A stretch of DNA of 64,000 nt. Origin: Malacoraja senta (taxonomy: Eukaryota). Below are positions 50,191 through 62,417 of this stretch, in pieces. The notes under the pieces were generated by a model. It made no database searches. It was given only the letters and a program-made list of their open reading frames with translations, and was not told the origin of the DNA. The position numbers and the translations under genes were made by a program. The stretch lies in the NCBI GenBank assembly GCA_038087875.1, contig CM075990.1:11596001-11660000 (forward strand), written 5' to 3'. The stretch's first letter is position 1; every line of letters starts with the position of its first letter.

Positions 50191-50260
50191 AAACTAAACT
50201 ATTGAAGTGACATTCTCTTTGTACTCTGTGCCCTTCTCTGCAACTTCAAACATTTTTTGT

Positions 50261-50560
50261 AGTTTAGTTTAGAGATACAGCGCGGAAACAGGCCCTTCGG
50301 CCCATCGAGTCGGCACCCAGCAGCGATCCCCGCACGTGAACACTATCCTACACTAGGGACAATTTTAAAAAAACATTTATACCAAGCCAATTAACCTACA
50401 AACCTGTACGTTTTTGGAGTGTGGGAGGAAACCGAAGTTCTCGGAGAAAACGTACGGAGGTCACATGGACAACGTGCAAACTCCTTGCAGACAGCACCCG
50501 TTGCCAGGATTGAACCAGGGTCTCTGGCGCAGGAAGGCAGCAACTCTACTGCTGCGCCAC
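50261..50560 (-). mobile_element. HE1-like SINE
   Basis: Tail, V-domain and head in reverse complement. Confidence 0.88.
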
Positions 50561-51087
50561 CAGCACCTGCATCTTGGAATTCTTAGATTTTTTTAAAATT
50601 CAGATAAAGTGAAGGTTGACAGCCTTTTCTCCCCTCAGAGTGGAGGATTCCAAAACTAGAAGACTTAGACTGAAGGTGACATGGGAGAGATTTAAAAGGG
50701 ACCCCAGAGGCAAACTTCTCACTCTGAGGGCAGTCTGAATATGAACGAGATGCTGGAGGAAGCTGTAAAAGTGGATAGAATATTGACTTCAAAATATATT
50801 AGAGTACAGCCCAGGAACTGTTCCTATGGCCTGCAATGCTTGGGCTGAACATGATGCCAAGTTAAACTAATCTCCTCTGCTGGCACTTGATCCATATCTT
50901 TCCATTCCCTGAATACCCATGTGCCTAACCTCAACACTCCTCGACGTTGCTATCATATCTGCCTTCAACACAATCCCTGGCGGCTCATTCTAGGCACGCA
51001 CCACCCTGTGTAAAAAAACAACAACTTGACTCCCGCATCTCCTTGAAACTTTGCTCCTCTTACCTTATTTCAATTGGACAGATATAT

Positions 51088-51385
51088 TGGTAGAGTTGCT
51101 GCCTTGCGGCACTTATAACACCAGAGACCTAGGTTCGATCCCGACTACAGGTGCTGTCTGTATGGAGTTTGCACGATCTCCCCATGACCACGTAGGTTTT
51201 CCCCGGGATCCTGGGTTTCGTCCCACACTACAAAGACGTACAGGTTTGTAGGTTAATTGGCTTGGTACAAACGTAAATTGTCCCTAGTGTGTGTAGGATT
51301 GTGTTAATGTGTGGGGAGATCGCTGGTCGGTGTGGACTCGGAGGGCCGAAGGGCCTTTTTCCACGCTCTATCTCTAAGCTAAACT
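51088..51385 (+). mobile_element. HE1-like SINE
   Basis: ggttcgatcccgact B box, V-domain, tail. Confidence 0.88.
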
Positions 51386-52858
51386 GACATGACTCCACTC
51401 AAGTGCCTGTACTGGAACTCTTTTTTATCTGAAAAATTAAAGGGTTCCCTTTTTCACAAGTATTTAGGTAATGGAAACATCGTGATTGTGGTAAGCCACT
51501 GGTATTTATTGATATGCCTTTGGCTAACAGGAACCTGTAGTGCCTTTAACCATACCCACGGCTACATTGCATATCAAATACTAATGCCTCTAATGTAAGC
51601 ACTAGCCGTAAGCCATTTGACAAGATGTTTTCCCTTTATATCTTTTGACCTCTGCTTTAACAGGGCCTCCTGATATCACCGTCGGTTAAACACTGTCCCA
51701 ATATCAAGGGCAGTCACTCTCAACTCACCTCTCACCCACATTTGGATCAAAGTTGTGAGGAGGTTTGAAGCCAAATATTGTTGCAATGCCAAAAACAGGG
51801 CTCCAGAAGTCAGGCTGTTTCAGAGCAAGTGATGGCACAGTCGAAGATACCTTCCAACAGTCCACCGATGTTTAGAAACAGGCTGATTGGGTTGTAATGG
51901 AACTATTTGGAATTCTGCGAACAGGACGATTTGGGCAACGTGTTGAAAATCTGTCGGCATTGTGTGACTGGAGGCTGGATTAATTCGGGAGCCGACCTCT
52001 ACAGCACTGTGGCACAGATATAAACATTCATGTATTACCAGTAGAGTTATTTTCAGGCTGAAGTTAGCACAGCATAATAGTATTAAAAGCATTTTAAAAA
52101 GGGTAACAATAAATAATATTTTTCCCTCAGGGCAATTGACCTACAAGCACTTATAATGGTAATTGTGAGGCAGCAAATGGGGTTAAAATGGGAAATAAAA
52201 TGGAAATATCAAAATTATGGCCTCTTTATCTGAATGCACAAAGCATTTGTAACCGGATGAATTCATGTCACAAATAGAGACCAAGGTTTTTACATAACAT
52301 CCACAGCAAGGACATGTTTCCAAGGTGACCTAGACTGCGGACTAAATATTCTGGTCGATTTGATGTCTTCGATAGGAAACCAAGGTAGTCATCTAACAAA
52401 GGATGGTCTTATGGTGGTGGGAATAAAACTAGGTTTAGATCAGGAAGTTACTCCATATTTTTATATCCAGTTATATGTAGATCCAGGATTATCTAGTAAT
52501 CTCACAGTAAAAGATCCTGTCGTAGAGCGATCATATAATAAGATTTCGCACTCTAGACAAACTAGAGTAACATTGAAATAACGGTGATTAAATAGGCATG
52601 AAGCAAGGCTTGGCTAACGTAGATTGCAATGTTAGATTAAAAACTATGATGGTTATAGCAAATGCAGACCATTAAAGTCATCTTAAATAATGCTGAATAA
52701 ATATGCATTTCATTATGAAATTAAAACTCCATAGTAAAGTTGATCCATTCTATCGATGACTAAATAACTTAAAGATCATATTAACCTGAAAGAAATGATG
52801 TGTGAAGTTGAAAAGCACAGCATTAGACTCGAGGCTTGTCAGATTGTAGAAACAAGGA

Positions 52859-53182
52859 AATGATAACTAGACCGTAAATTGGAGGAAATGCACCTCATAT
52901 TCCGCTTGGGCAGTCTACATCCTGGTGGCCTGAACGTTGAATTCTCCCAATTCTGCTAGCCCTGGCTGTCCCCTCCCCCTCATCAGCCATCTGGTTGTCT
53001 CCTCCCCTCCCCCAGCCCTCGGGCTCCTCCTCCGCCTTTTCCTTTTTTCCTTTCTTCTCCCCACCCCCTATCAGTCTGAAGAAGGGTTTCGGCCCGAAAC
53101 GTTACCTATTTCCTTCGCTCCATAGATGCTGCTGCACCCGCTGAGTTTCTCCAGCATTTTTGTGTACCAATGATAACTAGAC
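52859..53182 (+). mobile_element. PLE subfamily B 3' fragment with 14-bp TSD
   Basis: aatgataactagac at 52859-52872 and 53169-53182; KLEEMHLIFRLGSLHPGGLN; hammerhead-like motif at 53076-53103. Confidence 0.9.
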
Positions 53183-53377
53183 AACTGACAGAGAATGAGT
53201 ATAAACTTATGAGAAATATAAAAGCAGATTGTAAGAGGTTGAATGTAAAGAGAAAGATCGCAGAAAAAAGTACCAATTAGCTCCTGAAACAAGGAAACTA
53301 AATGAGCAGAAAACACTATTTAAAGATATATTAACAAGTATTTTGTATCCTTCATAATTGGAGAAAGAAAAGATTGT

Positions 53378-53574
53378 GAAAAATAGTTGGTCGACAAAAA
53401 TGCTGGAGAAACTCAGCGGGTGAGGCAGCATCTATGGAGCGCAGGAAATAGGCCAAAATGTTACCCATTTCCTTCGCTCCATAGATGCTGCCTCACCCGC
53501 TGAGTTTCTCCAGCATTTTTGTCTACCTTCGATTTTCCAGCATCTGTAGCTCCTTCTTAAACGAAAAATAGTTG
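53378..53574. mobile_element. Fold-back PLE mini-element with 12-bp TSD
   Basis: gaaaaatagttg at 53378-53389 and 53563-53574. Confidence 0.9.
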
Positions 53575-54525
53575 TTGGCCAAAGGGCAAGAGAGTGTGGA
53601 TCTCAAATAAAAATAAAAAATATAACATCACGCCAAATTAATGGGTCGAGGCCTGTAGATGTTTGGGACCTGATGACCCGTTCTTTAGGGCTCTAGAAGA
53701 GGCAATTGGGGATAATTATGTGTCTTTCAAAATTTCCTGAATTTGTGAAAAGTTCCAGAGACTTGGAAAGCCAAAAATGCAAAGGAAAGGAAGAGAAAGC
53801 AATGAATTACAGGCTAGGTCACCTAACAGCCAGAAAATATGGCCCAGTTACTCAGTGATGCAGAAGTGATAACAGAACAGCTTGTAAAGAATAACAGGGA
53901 TTAGGCAGAGTCAACATTGTTTATGAACGAGAGTTGCTATTTAACACATTTATTGGAGCTTTTAAAGAATGTAACAAGCAGGAGAGATAAAGGAAGTTCG
54001 TAGATGTATATTTGAATTTCCAAACGTCATTCAATAAGACGTCACATATAAAGTTATTGGCTTTGAGATAACGTTCTGTAAAGCCGTAGCAAGGAAGAAT
54101 TTAATTGTTACAGTTCATATCGGTGCATATGACAAATAAACACATGACTTTATTTGACATCACTATGAAGAGATGATTGGTAACTGAAGAAGGGTCTCGA
54201 CCCAAAATATCACCTATCCCTTTCGTTTAGAGATGCTGCCTGACCCACTGAGTTACTCCAGCCTTGTGTCGGTGATTGGTAACAGAGACAAGCTGAAAAC
54301 AGGTGATTTTTCAAAGTGGCAAGATGAAACTAACGGTTTGCATTTGGAACGTCCCGAGTCCTCAGCTATTTAGAATTAAGGAATGACTTAGATGAAGGGG
54401 TTGGGCGCAATGTATCTGCAAAGATAGACGGGAGAGAAAATTATTAGGAATAGTTCATGGGTTGGCAAAGGATATACATAGGATGTGATTGTTCAAAAAA
54501 TCTGTCAGATGGATCATTGTGAAAT

Positions 54526-55066
54526 GTTTAGTTTAGAGATACAACATGGAAACAGAAATGCTCTTCGGCCCATTGAGCCATGCTGACCCCAAGGCGGTAC
54601 GGTGGCGCAGCGGTACAGGAGCTGCCTTAAGGGCCAAAAGACCTGGGTTTGATCCTGACTACGGGTGTTGTCTGTACAGAGTTTGTACGTTCTCCCCGTG
54701 ACCTGCGTGGGTTTTCTCCAAGATCTTCGGTTTCCTCCCACATTCCAAAGACGTACAGGTTTGTAGGTTAATTGGCTTGGTATAAGTGTAAATTGTCCCT
54801 AGTGTGTGTAGGATAGCGTGAGTGTGCGGGGATCGCTGGTCGGTGCGGATTCGGTGGGCTGAAAGGCCTGTTTCCGCTCTGTAAATATAAACTAAACATC
54901 CATCACCTGTTCTTGCTAGTTCTATTATCCCAATTTTGCATCCACTCCCGACACATTAGGGGCAATTTTACAGCAGCCAATGAACCTACAAACGTGCACA
55001 TCGTTGGGATGTGGGAGGAAGTGGGTCCCTGACGCTGTAAGGCAGCAACTCTACCATTGCGCCACC
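54526..55066. mobile_element. HE1-like SINE (+, 54592-54897) inserted into an older opposite-strand V-SINE
   Basis: Host tail 54526-54590 and host head 54900-55066 on the minus strand. Confidence 0.8.
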
Positions 55067-56406
55067 CTTTGTGGAAAAGGGGGAATTCAAAACTTACACG
55101 AATCAGACAGGAAAGTGGATGCAAGGTCAAAATCAGAAGAACCATGATCTCATTGAATGATGGAACAGGCTCAAAGGGCTACATTGCCTGCTCCTGCTTT
55201 TCCTACTATAAAGGACTCCTGACAATTCAAAAGCATTTACTCTGCTGTAGAACTGACATAAGGCAGAAACGTGGAATTATGCTAAGCAAGTTACAGAGCA
55301 AATTGGGAATTCAGTGCAAGTAATAAGTAACATTAGATAATTTGAAGAAATATTGCTCTGAATAGTTTAATGATAAATAAAAGCAATTCATGTCACTTGC
55401 AATTACTCCAGCCGGATCACATTAATTAAAAGTAGTTTCTGGGAGAAACAAAATTGATGCTAACGAGTAAGAAATAAGAGAACAAAATTATGATGCATTC
55501 AGCCCAGTCGGCTCATTCTGCAACTGTGTTATCACACTTGCATTCGCTATCAGTAATCCTGAATACAAACTGATGGGGAAATACATTTAATTAACCCCCA
55601 TGTCAAATGTAGGCTCTTGCTGGATGTTTCCACTAATAGGACTCATAACCTGGAAACTCTCTGGAGCCTTTGTCTGTTCAGCCAGGAGCGTATTGTGAAA
55701 CTCCAAGCATTATATATTAAAATACATTCGGCATGACTTCAGTTGGTCAAACATTGCCAACTTCAATTCCATGTTATAATACAATTTACTTTGCGATTTG
55801 AAAAATCTGGTACAGCTATTTTTTCATAATGATACAAGGTTAATACCTGTTTGTTTAAGTAATTAACAACATTATTCCTACCCATCTGATAGAAAAAAAA
55901 TGTTTGTTTGATTTGTTAAAGGGTTTAACGTTGTATGTACTTGGAGACACTTACATGGATACACACTGGACTTTGGGGAATGTTATCCAGCAAGTCAATG
56001 CTTTGTGGTCCAGAGAAGATTAATGTCTCCTCTGAGATGACCACAAAACTTATATTTGTATATAACCTATAATATTGTTAAATATTAGAAGATGCCACAA
56101 AGGAGCATTAGCAAATAAAATATGATTAATGATGCAATGGGAGATGTGATACTATGTCTGGTTTTAAGTTTTAAGGAGATTTTATTTAATGGGGAGCAGA
56201 GGGGATGGAAGAGTTGAGGACCTTTCTGAACTTCAGGTCCCGACAGTTAAATGCACAGCTGTTAATGTTGGAAGGATAAAAATCAAAGAGAAACAAAATG
56301 CTAGGATTGAGGACTGGGACTTAGTTTCAGAGATATGGAAGACCAAGGACTGCCTTTGTACAATTGTTTTGGCAGTGGTTTAGTTTAGAGATACAGCACG
56401 GAAACA

Positions 56407-57232
56407 GGCCAGTGGTGGGATCCCGTTGGAGGTGGCAAAAATGTTGGAGGATTATCTGTTCGCCACCTCCAACGGGATCCCATCATTGGCCACAACTTCT
56501 CATCTCCTCCCCTTTCGGCTTTCCGCAGAGACCGATCCCTGCGTAACTCCTTGGTCAATTCATCCCTTCCCACCCAAACCACCCCTTCCCCTGGTGCTTT
56601 CCCCTGCAACTGCAGGAAATGCTACACTTGTCGCTTTACCTCCCCCCTCGACTCCATCCAAGGACCCAAGCAGTCTTTCCAGGTGAGGCAGAGGTTTCAC
56701 CTGCACCTCCTCCAACCTCATCCGCTGCTCGAGGTGTCAACTGCTCTACATCGGTGAGACCAAGCGCAGGCTTGGCGATCGCTTCGCCCAACACCTCCGC
56801 ACAGTTCGCATTAACCAACGTGATCTCCCGGTGGCTCAGCACTTCAACTCCCCCTCCCATTCCAAATCAGACCTTTCTGTCCTGGGCCTCCTCCATGGCC
56901 AGAGTGAGTCCCACCGCAAATTGGAGGAGCAGCACCTCATATTTTGCTTGGGTAGTTTACACCCCAGCGGTATGAACATTGACTTCTCCAATTTCAGGTA
57001 ATCCTTGCTTCCTCCCTCCTTCCCCTCCCCTTCCCAACGCTCCCACAGCCCACTGTCTCCGCCTCTTCCTTTCGTCTTTCGGCTCTCCCCCCCCACCCCC
57101 ACATCAGTCTGAAGAAGGGTCTTGACCCGAAACGTTACCTATTCCTTCGCTCCATAGATGCTGCCTCACCCGCTGAGTTTTTCCAGCATTTGTCTACCTT
57201 CGATTTTTCCAGCATCTGCAGTTCTCTCTTAA
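56407..57232 (+). mobile_element. Longest PLE fragment: Cys-rich linker + GIY-YIG endonuclease (frameshifted), UTR, terminal repeat
   Basis: AFRRDRSLRNSLV...PCNCRKCYTC...IRCSRCQLLYIGETKRRLGDRFAQHLR...PVAQHFN...KLEEQHLIF...GMNIDFSNFR*. Confidence 0.92.
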
Positions 57233-57234
57233 AG

Positions 57235-57535
57235 GATAGTCATAGGGTCATCAAAAAGGTAGATAGTAGTTCAGCACTGCTCTCTGGTTGTGGTAGGATG
57301 ATTCGGTTAGATGATCACAGCTGGGAAGCTAACTGTCCCTGAATCTGGAGGTGTGCATTTTCACACATCTATATACCTTTTGCCAGAGGGGAGAGAGGAG
57401 AAGTGGGAGTGGCCAGGGTGCGACTCATCCTTGATTATGCGGCTGGCCTTGCCAAGGCAGTGTGAGGTGTGAATAGTGTCAATAGAAGGGAGGTTGGTTT
57501 GTGTGATGGTCTGGGCCACGTCCACAATTTGCTGA
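57235..57535 (-). mobile_element. Rex/Babar ORF2 end + 3' UTR
   Basis: QQIVDVAQTITQTNLPSIDTIHTSHCLGKASRIIKDESHPGHSHFSSLPSGKRY. Confidence 0.8.
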
Positions 57536-58282
57536 AATCTCTGGAGAACATGGAAAGGTGGCGTTACGGGTCGGGACTCTTCAGACCACGCCAGGGGAGA
57601 GTCCCGTGGGGGTGAAACCAAGAAGCCCCAACTTCAACAGCGGGAGGGCAAAGTCTGACAAGGGCAGGAGAAATGAAAGCAAACAAACCAGCTTCTTTAT
57701 GCACAATGACCTGGAGGTGATCATTAAATTTTGTGCAGGAGCAAATTACGATTTGGGGAATTGTAATGGAATCTGCAATTCAAAGACTGTGTGCTGCTGA
57801 ATTGTGTGAGGCTTGGAAATTCAAAGAGAAGGCATAACGTCAAACTCGTGCATTTCTCTTTTGTTTCTCCCAACGTATAAAAGAACTGAAGTGGAGAGTC
57901 TGAAGGTTGCTTTGCTCAGATCTAATTTAAGGCATCTTGACATGGAGTGCCCACCTGTTTCTTATTACAATATATGAACAAGTCACTTAATCATCCGTGT
58001 ATTTGCTGAAAATGATATCCTTACAATTCTTGAGGCAGACTGTGCGAATTATTTCCCTCTGACTCCTAACCTCAGGTATCCATTGAAACGCCAGACATTA
58101 CACGGCCCGTGCTCTTCATTACCAAGGACTTGCTTTCCAGAGCAGCCAACACCCCTGAGGCGAGTCTGTACAATTCCTGAAAACAAAGGCTCAAGAATGC
58201 GACACGGTCACATTATAGCGTACACATAATGATGAACCGTTGCCAAATGGAGTACTCTGTTGATTTAAGCTTTGAGGAACGC

Positions 58283-58448
58283 CCTGAAACAAATGTGTAG
58301 GAAGGAACTGCAGATGCTGGTTTAAACCGAAGAATCTTCAGAAGAAGGGTCTCGACCCAAAACGTCACCCATTCCTTCTCTCCAGAGATGCTGCCCGTCC
58401 CGCTGAGTTAGTCCAGCTTTGCGTGTCTATCTTCGACCTGAATCAAAT
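58283..58448. mobile_element. Fold-back PLE mini-element
   Basis: cctgaaacaaat / cctgaatcaaat flanks; gaagaagggtctcgacccaaaacgtc. Confidence 0.8.
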
Positions 58449-58689
58449 AGCAGCTCTATAAATTCTCCTTGCAGCGAGAAGGTTCGGAGAACTTGATTTT
58501 AATAGATAGTTTGAATCAGTAATGAAAGTTTGAGGTGGTCAACTGGAAGAGACACAAATAAACATTTTACTTTTCAGTGCGGCAAGTTATGATCTGAAAG
58601 CTTAGCATGGAAATATGGCAACACTAGTGTGCTGCCTCAGTAATCTACCTTTCTTCCACTCAAATATGAATCGTGCCTATATATAATGA

Positions 58690-59015
58690 AATGGTGAATG
58701 GCCTGGATAGAGTGGATAGGATGAGAGGACATAGCCTCAGAATTAAAGAACGTTCCTTTAGGAAGGAGATGAGGAGGAATTTATTTAGTCAGAGGGTAGT
58801 AATTCTGTGGAATTCATTGCCACAGAAGACTGTGGAGGCCAATGGATATTTTAAAGGCAGAGATAGCTCAATTCTTGATTAGTACAGGTGTCAGGGGTTA
58901 TGTGGAGAAGGCAGGAGAATGTGGTTAGGAGGGAGAGATAGACCAACCATGAGTGAATGGCGGAGTAGACTTGATGGGCCGAATGGCCTAATTCTGCTCC
59001 TTTCACTTATGAACT
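58690..59015 (+). mobile_element. CR1 3' end
   Basis: RGHSLRIKERSFRKEMRRNLFSQRVVILWNSLPQKTVEA. Confidence 0.88.
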
Positions 59016-59606
59016 TAGTAAAATGTTTACTGATCTATATGCTAAAAAGGAATATCACTGTACCTAGGCACATGTGGCACTAAAGTGACGAAGATAGACA
59101 TTAAATGCTGGAGTCACTCAGTGGGACAGGCAGCATCTCTGGATAGAGGGAAGGGGTAACGTTTCGGGTCGAGACCCTTCTTCAGACCCTAAATTAACAA
59201 TATAGCCATTGAACTATTTAATCACTGTGGGAAGGAAATTAAATTGAGACCTTCTAATGGGGTTGGGGAAGAGGAAAAGAACAGGGAGTGGAATTAATTG
59301 AATAAGTCTTCCCTAGTCCAAACGGTGCGATTTATTCTTCAATAATGTAGCACAATCTGTCAAGGACAACTGCCAGTGCATCACAGCAGAGAAGTCAAGT
59401 CGTCATGACCAAGCATTGCAGAAATAATCCACAACACCTGGAATTATGTTACTCTTGCCCTTCTACAGTACCTTGAACTTTCATGAGTGATAATCATTAA
59501 TGGTGAGCATAGCAACATTTTATAGCAACAATGACGGTGGTGCAACAAGTTTATAAGGGAATTAAATAATATTCAGGATACATGGCTTTATAAATCGAGC
59601 GCATTA

Positions 59607-59797
59607 AGGGCCTGTCCCACCTGGTCATCATTTGCGCGTCATGCAGGTGGCGCGCGAAGATTTTGTGAATCCCAAAATCCTGCCTACGTCACCACGCACG
59701 CATCACGTGTGCTTCACGACGCGCGTGTCATGCGTCGTGATGCGTAAATGATGTTGTGTAAATGACGCGCAAATAACGCCCAAGTGGGACAGGCCCT
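59607..59797. mobile_element. PIF/Harbinger-type MITE with perfect 14-bp TIRs
   Basis: TTA|agggcctgtcccac ... gtgggacaggccct|TTA; CpG-rich interior. Confidence 0.88.
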
Positions 59798-59800
59798 TTA

Positions 59801-59991
59801 GGCGTTTTTTGGGGCAACTACAGGCGACTGCCGCAAAGTTTTCAACATGTTTTGGCGACAGCGGCGACAATTTTTGCTGTCGTAGGTCGACGCAGGTGTT
59901 GTCGTGGGTGCTGACATAGGTTGTCGCCAGATGTCCTAGGTGACTTCCATTAAAACTAGTCCCTGGCAGTCGCCCAAGTGGGAAAGGCCCA
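59801..59991. mobile_element. Second Harbinger-family element lacking its left TIR
   Basis: Ends gtcgcccaagtgggaaaggccca|tta. Confidence 0.7.
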
Positions 59992-60014
59992 TTAGAGTAT
60001 CACAAACAGTCATT

Positions 60015-60305
60015 CTTCTCTCTGACACTTCTCCACCTTTTCTGGATTTCAACCTGCATTTCAGGAGACAATCTAAGCAGAGATATCTGCTGTAAAACCA
60101 TGGATTTCCTTCACTGCACTCCTCCCACCCCGTCAACTGCAAGGATGCCATCCCCTCGTCTCAATTTTCTCCGTCTCTGCCCAATCTGATCTCAAGATCA
60201 GGCTTTCCCCTCCGGGACTTTATGAAATGTCTTCCTTTACCTGGAAATGTGGCTTCTTCTCTGCCACAGTTAATGGAGCCCTCACACTAATTTCCTCCAT
60301 TTTCC
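60015..60305 (+). mobile_element. Decayed PLE RT C-terminal fragment
   Basis: SDTSPPFLD...SHPVNCKDAIPSSQF...EMSSF resembles the PLE RT-to-endonuclease region. Confidence 0.65.
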
Positions 60306-60436
60306 ACATGTCTTCTCCTGCTTGCCCAAGCATGGCCCCACCCCACCCCTCCCCCCAACCCCTCTCCCCCGAGGGACCAGAGAAAGACACAAGAGACTGC
60401 AGATGCTGGAATATTGAGCTGAAAATGTGTTGAAAT

Positions 60437-60753
60437 GGACACGGTGGCGCAGCGGTAGAGTTGCTGCCTTACAGCGAATGCAGCGCCGGAGACCCGGGCT
60501 CGATCCCGACTACGGGTGCTGTCTGTACGGAGTTTGTACGTTCTCCCCGTGACCTGCGTGAGTTTTCTCCGAGATCTTCGGTTTCCTCCCACACTCCAAA
60601 GACGTACAGGTTTGTAGGTTAATTGGCTTGGTAAATGTAAAAATTGTCCCTAGTGGTTATAGGATAGTGTTAACGTGCGGGGATCGCTGGTCGGCGCCGA
60701 CCCGGTAGGCCTGAAAGGGCCCGTTTCCGCACTGTATCTCTAAACTAAACTAA
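60437..60753 (+). mobile_element. HE1-like SINE, near full length
   Basis: ggtggcgcagcggtag A box, gggctcgatcc B box, V-domain, ctaaactaaactaa tail. Confidence 0.92.
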
Positions 60754-60866
60754 GATAATGTTTTGGGTCAGGACCCTTCTTCAGTCTGTTTATTTCCCCT
60801 CCACAGTTGCTGTCTTGTCTGCTGAGTTCCTCTGGCACTCAATTGAGCTTCCTCAGCTCTTTAAGG

Positions 60867-61085
60867 TGGAGCAGTCCTGAACTACCATCTACCTTGCTGG
60901 TGACCCTCGGGCTCTCCTTGATCGGACTTTGCTGGCTTTACCTCACACTAAATGACATTCCCTTATCATGCATCTATACACTGTGAATGGCTCGATTGTA
61001 ATCATGTATTATCTTTCCGCTGACTGGACAGCATGCTACAAAAGCTTTTCACTGTACCTCAATACACGTGACAATAAACTAAACT
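60867..61085 (+). mobile_element. Rex/Babar-associated 3' UTR fragment
   Basis: gagcagtcctgaactaccatctacc is the reverse complement of the UTR at ~57258-57282; aataaactaaact tail. Confidence 0.7.
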
Positions 61086-62417
61086 GTAGAATTCTGTAGG
61101 TTTACTCCCCCAAGTGGGAAAATCTTTCCTCTTCTTCATCTTGAATGACTGACCAGGGGTAGAAAGGGCCCCAAAGCTGGGACAGATCTGAATGTGGGAG
61201 CTTGTCTGGATTGTATTTATGTATAGAAACCATCTGATCCTTTGGGATTGCATGCAAAACAAAACTTTTCCACTGTAAACACACATGATAATAATAAACC
61301 CAACCCCAAAGGCTCCACACAAAAAAGATGGTTGAAGATGCATTCCATTCTACTGAGATGTCTCCTTTACAGACACCATCATTTAAATTTATGTCATAAT
61401 AAATGAACTAATTTAAGCACAACGATTTCTGAACTTGAACTTGCTGCAAGATAAAGAGATTGGAGTGGAGCATTACTCTTTCATTCTCACACTGGTGTCT
61501 CACCTTCATTGCTTACACTCAGTAATAACCCACCTCTCCCACATTATTCAATCTCAGAAACACTGTACATTTCAATTGTAATAGGATATTTATCTTATTA
61601 TTGAAAACTCAATTATGGTGACATCTTGAATGGGGAGGGGGGGGGGTGGGGGTCAGCAGGGGAGACTAATGCCAGCGCACAGTGCCTGCAGACACTGTTA
61701 GCGGAACCAGGCACATCCTCATACCGTAAAACTGAACAGCATGACTAAGAGGGTGAGATGAATGAAATAAATTCACCGGCTGCATTGTCACTATATTTAA
61801 GAGGTTTTGCTACACGGGTGATTTATGGCACGCCATTGAACGTCGGCTCGAGAGAACTACAGTGTAAATCAAGATTTTGACTGTGATTTGTTGTAATTTC
61901 CAACCTTTGCGTTTAACCAATAGATACAAATCACTCCTGAAGTCCGTAAGTCCCAAATGAATTTATTGCCACAATGAGATAGCAAATTGAAAGGCGTTGT
62001 TATAACGTTTCGACACAAATCATGCTCAGTAGTATTTTGATAATGGGCGATTGCAAAAGCCTTACGATGGATGCTATACTTTTACAACCAAGGTCAAGTA
62101 ATAATTAGATAATTATGGGACTCAATTAATCATTAATCAAGTGCAAAAAATGCCTCTCAGTACGGCTTTGCAGCCAAGCAATTGGATGTCTCCTTAACAC
62201 CTCTCTGGTGGCTGGTTAGAATGTCTGGTATTCAGTCTTGCTTGGCACATATCTGAAAAGATTCATCATACAATGGCCTTTTGCACTGCTACATGCCTTG
62301 AAGCGACTGCTAGCCTTTAGGGCTTTGCAGAGGAACCCGTGCTTTGAGTTGGCCGAAGTCGAGAAGGGAAAGACTGTACATGACCTGGAATCAGAACGAT
62401 TTAACTCAAAACCTGAC

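Larger units (their letters stand above)
52200..55210 (+). mobile_element. Ancient, fragmented CR1 ORF2 relic interrupted by PLEs and SINEs
   Basis: LYLNAQSI (endonuclease start, ~52225), YKLMRNIKADCKR (~53200), DVYLNFQTSFNK (RT, ~54000), decayed 3' tail ~55150. Confidence 0.5.

Noticed and set aside
51860..52023. Kinase-like words (YLEFCEQDDLGNVLK / VVMELFG) and a possible minus-strand exon
   Set aside because: An in-frame stop lies immediately upstream, there is no suitable acceptor and no other kinase subdomain.
60437..60515. tRNA gene (A and B boxes)
   Set aside because: tRNA-derived head of an HE1 SINE, followed by the V-domain and LINE tail; the same applies to the other copies.
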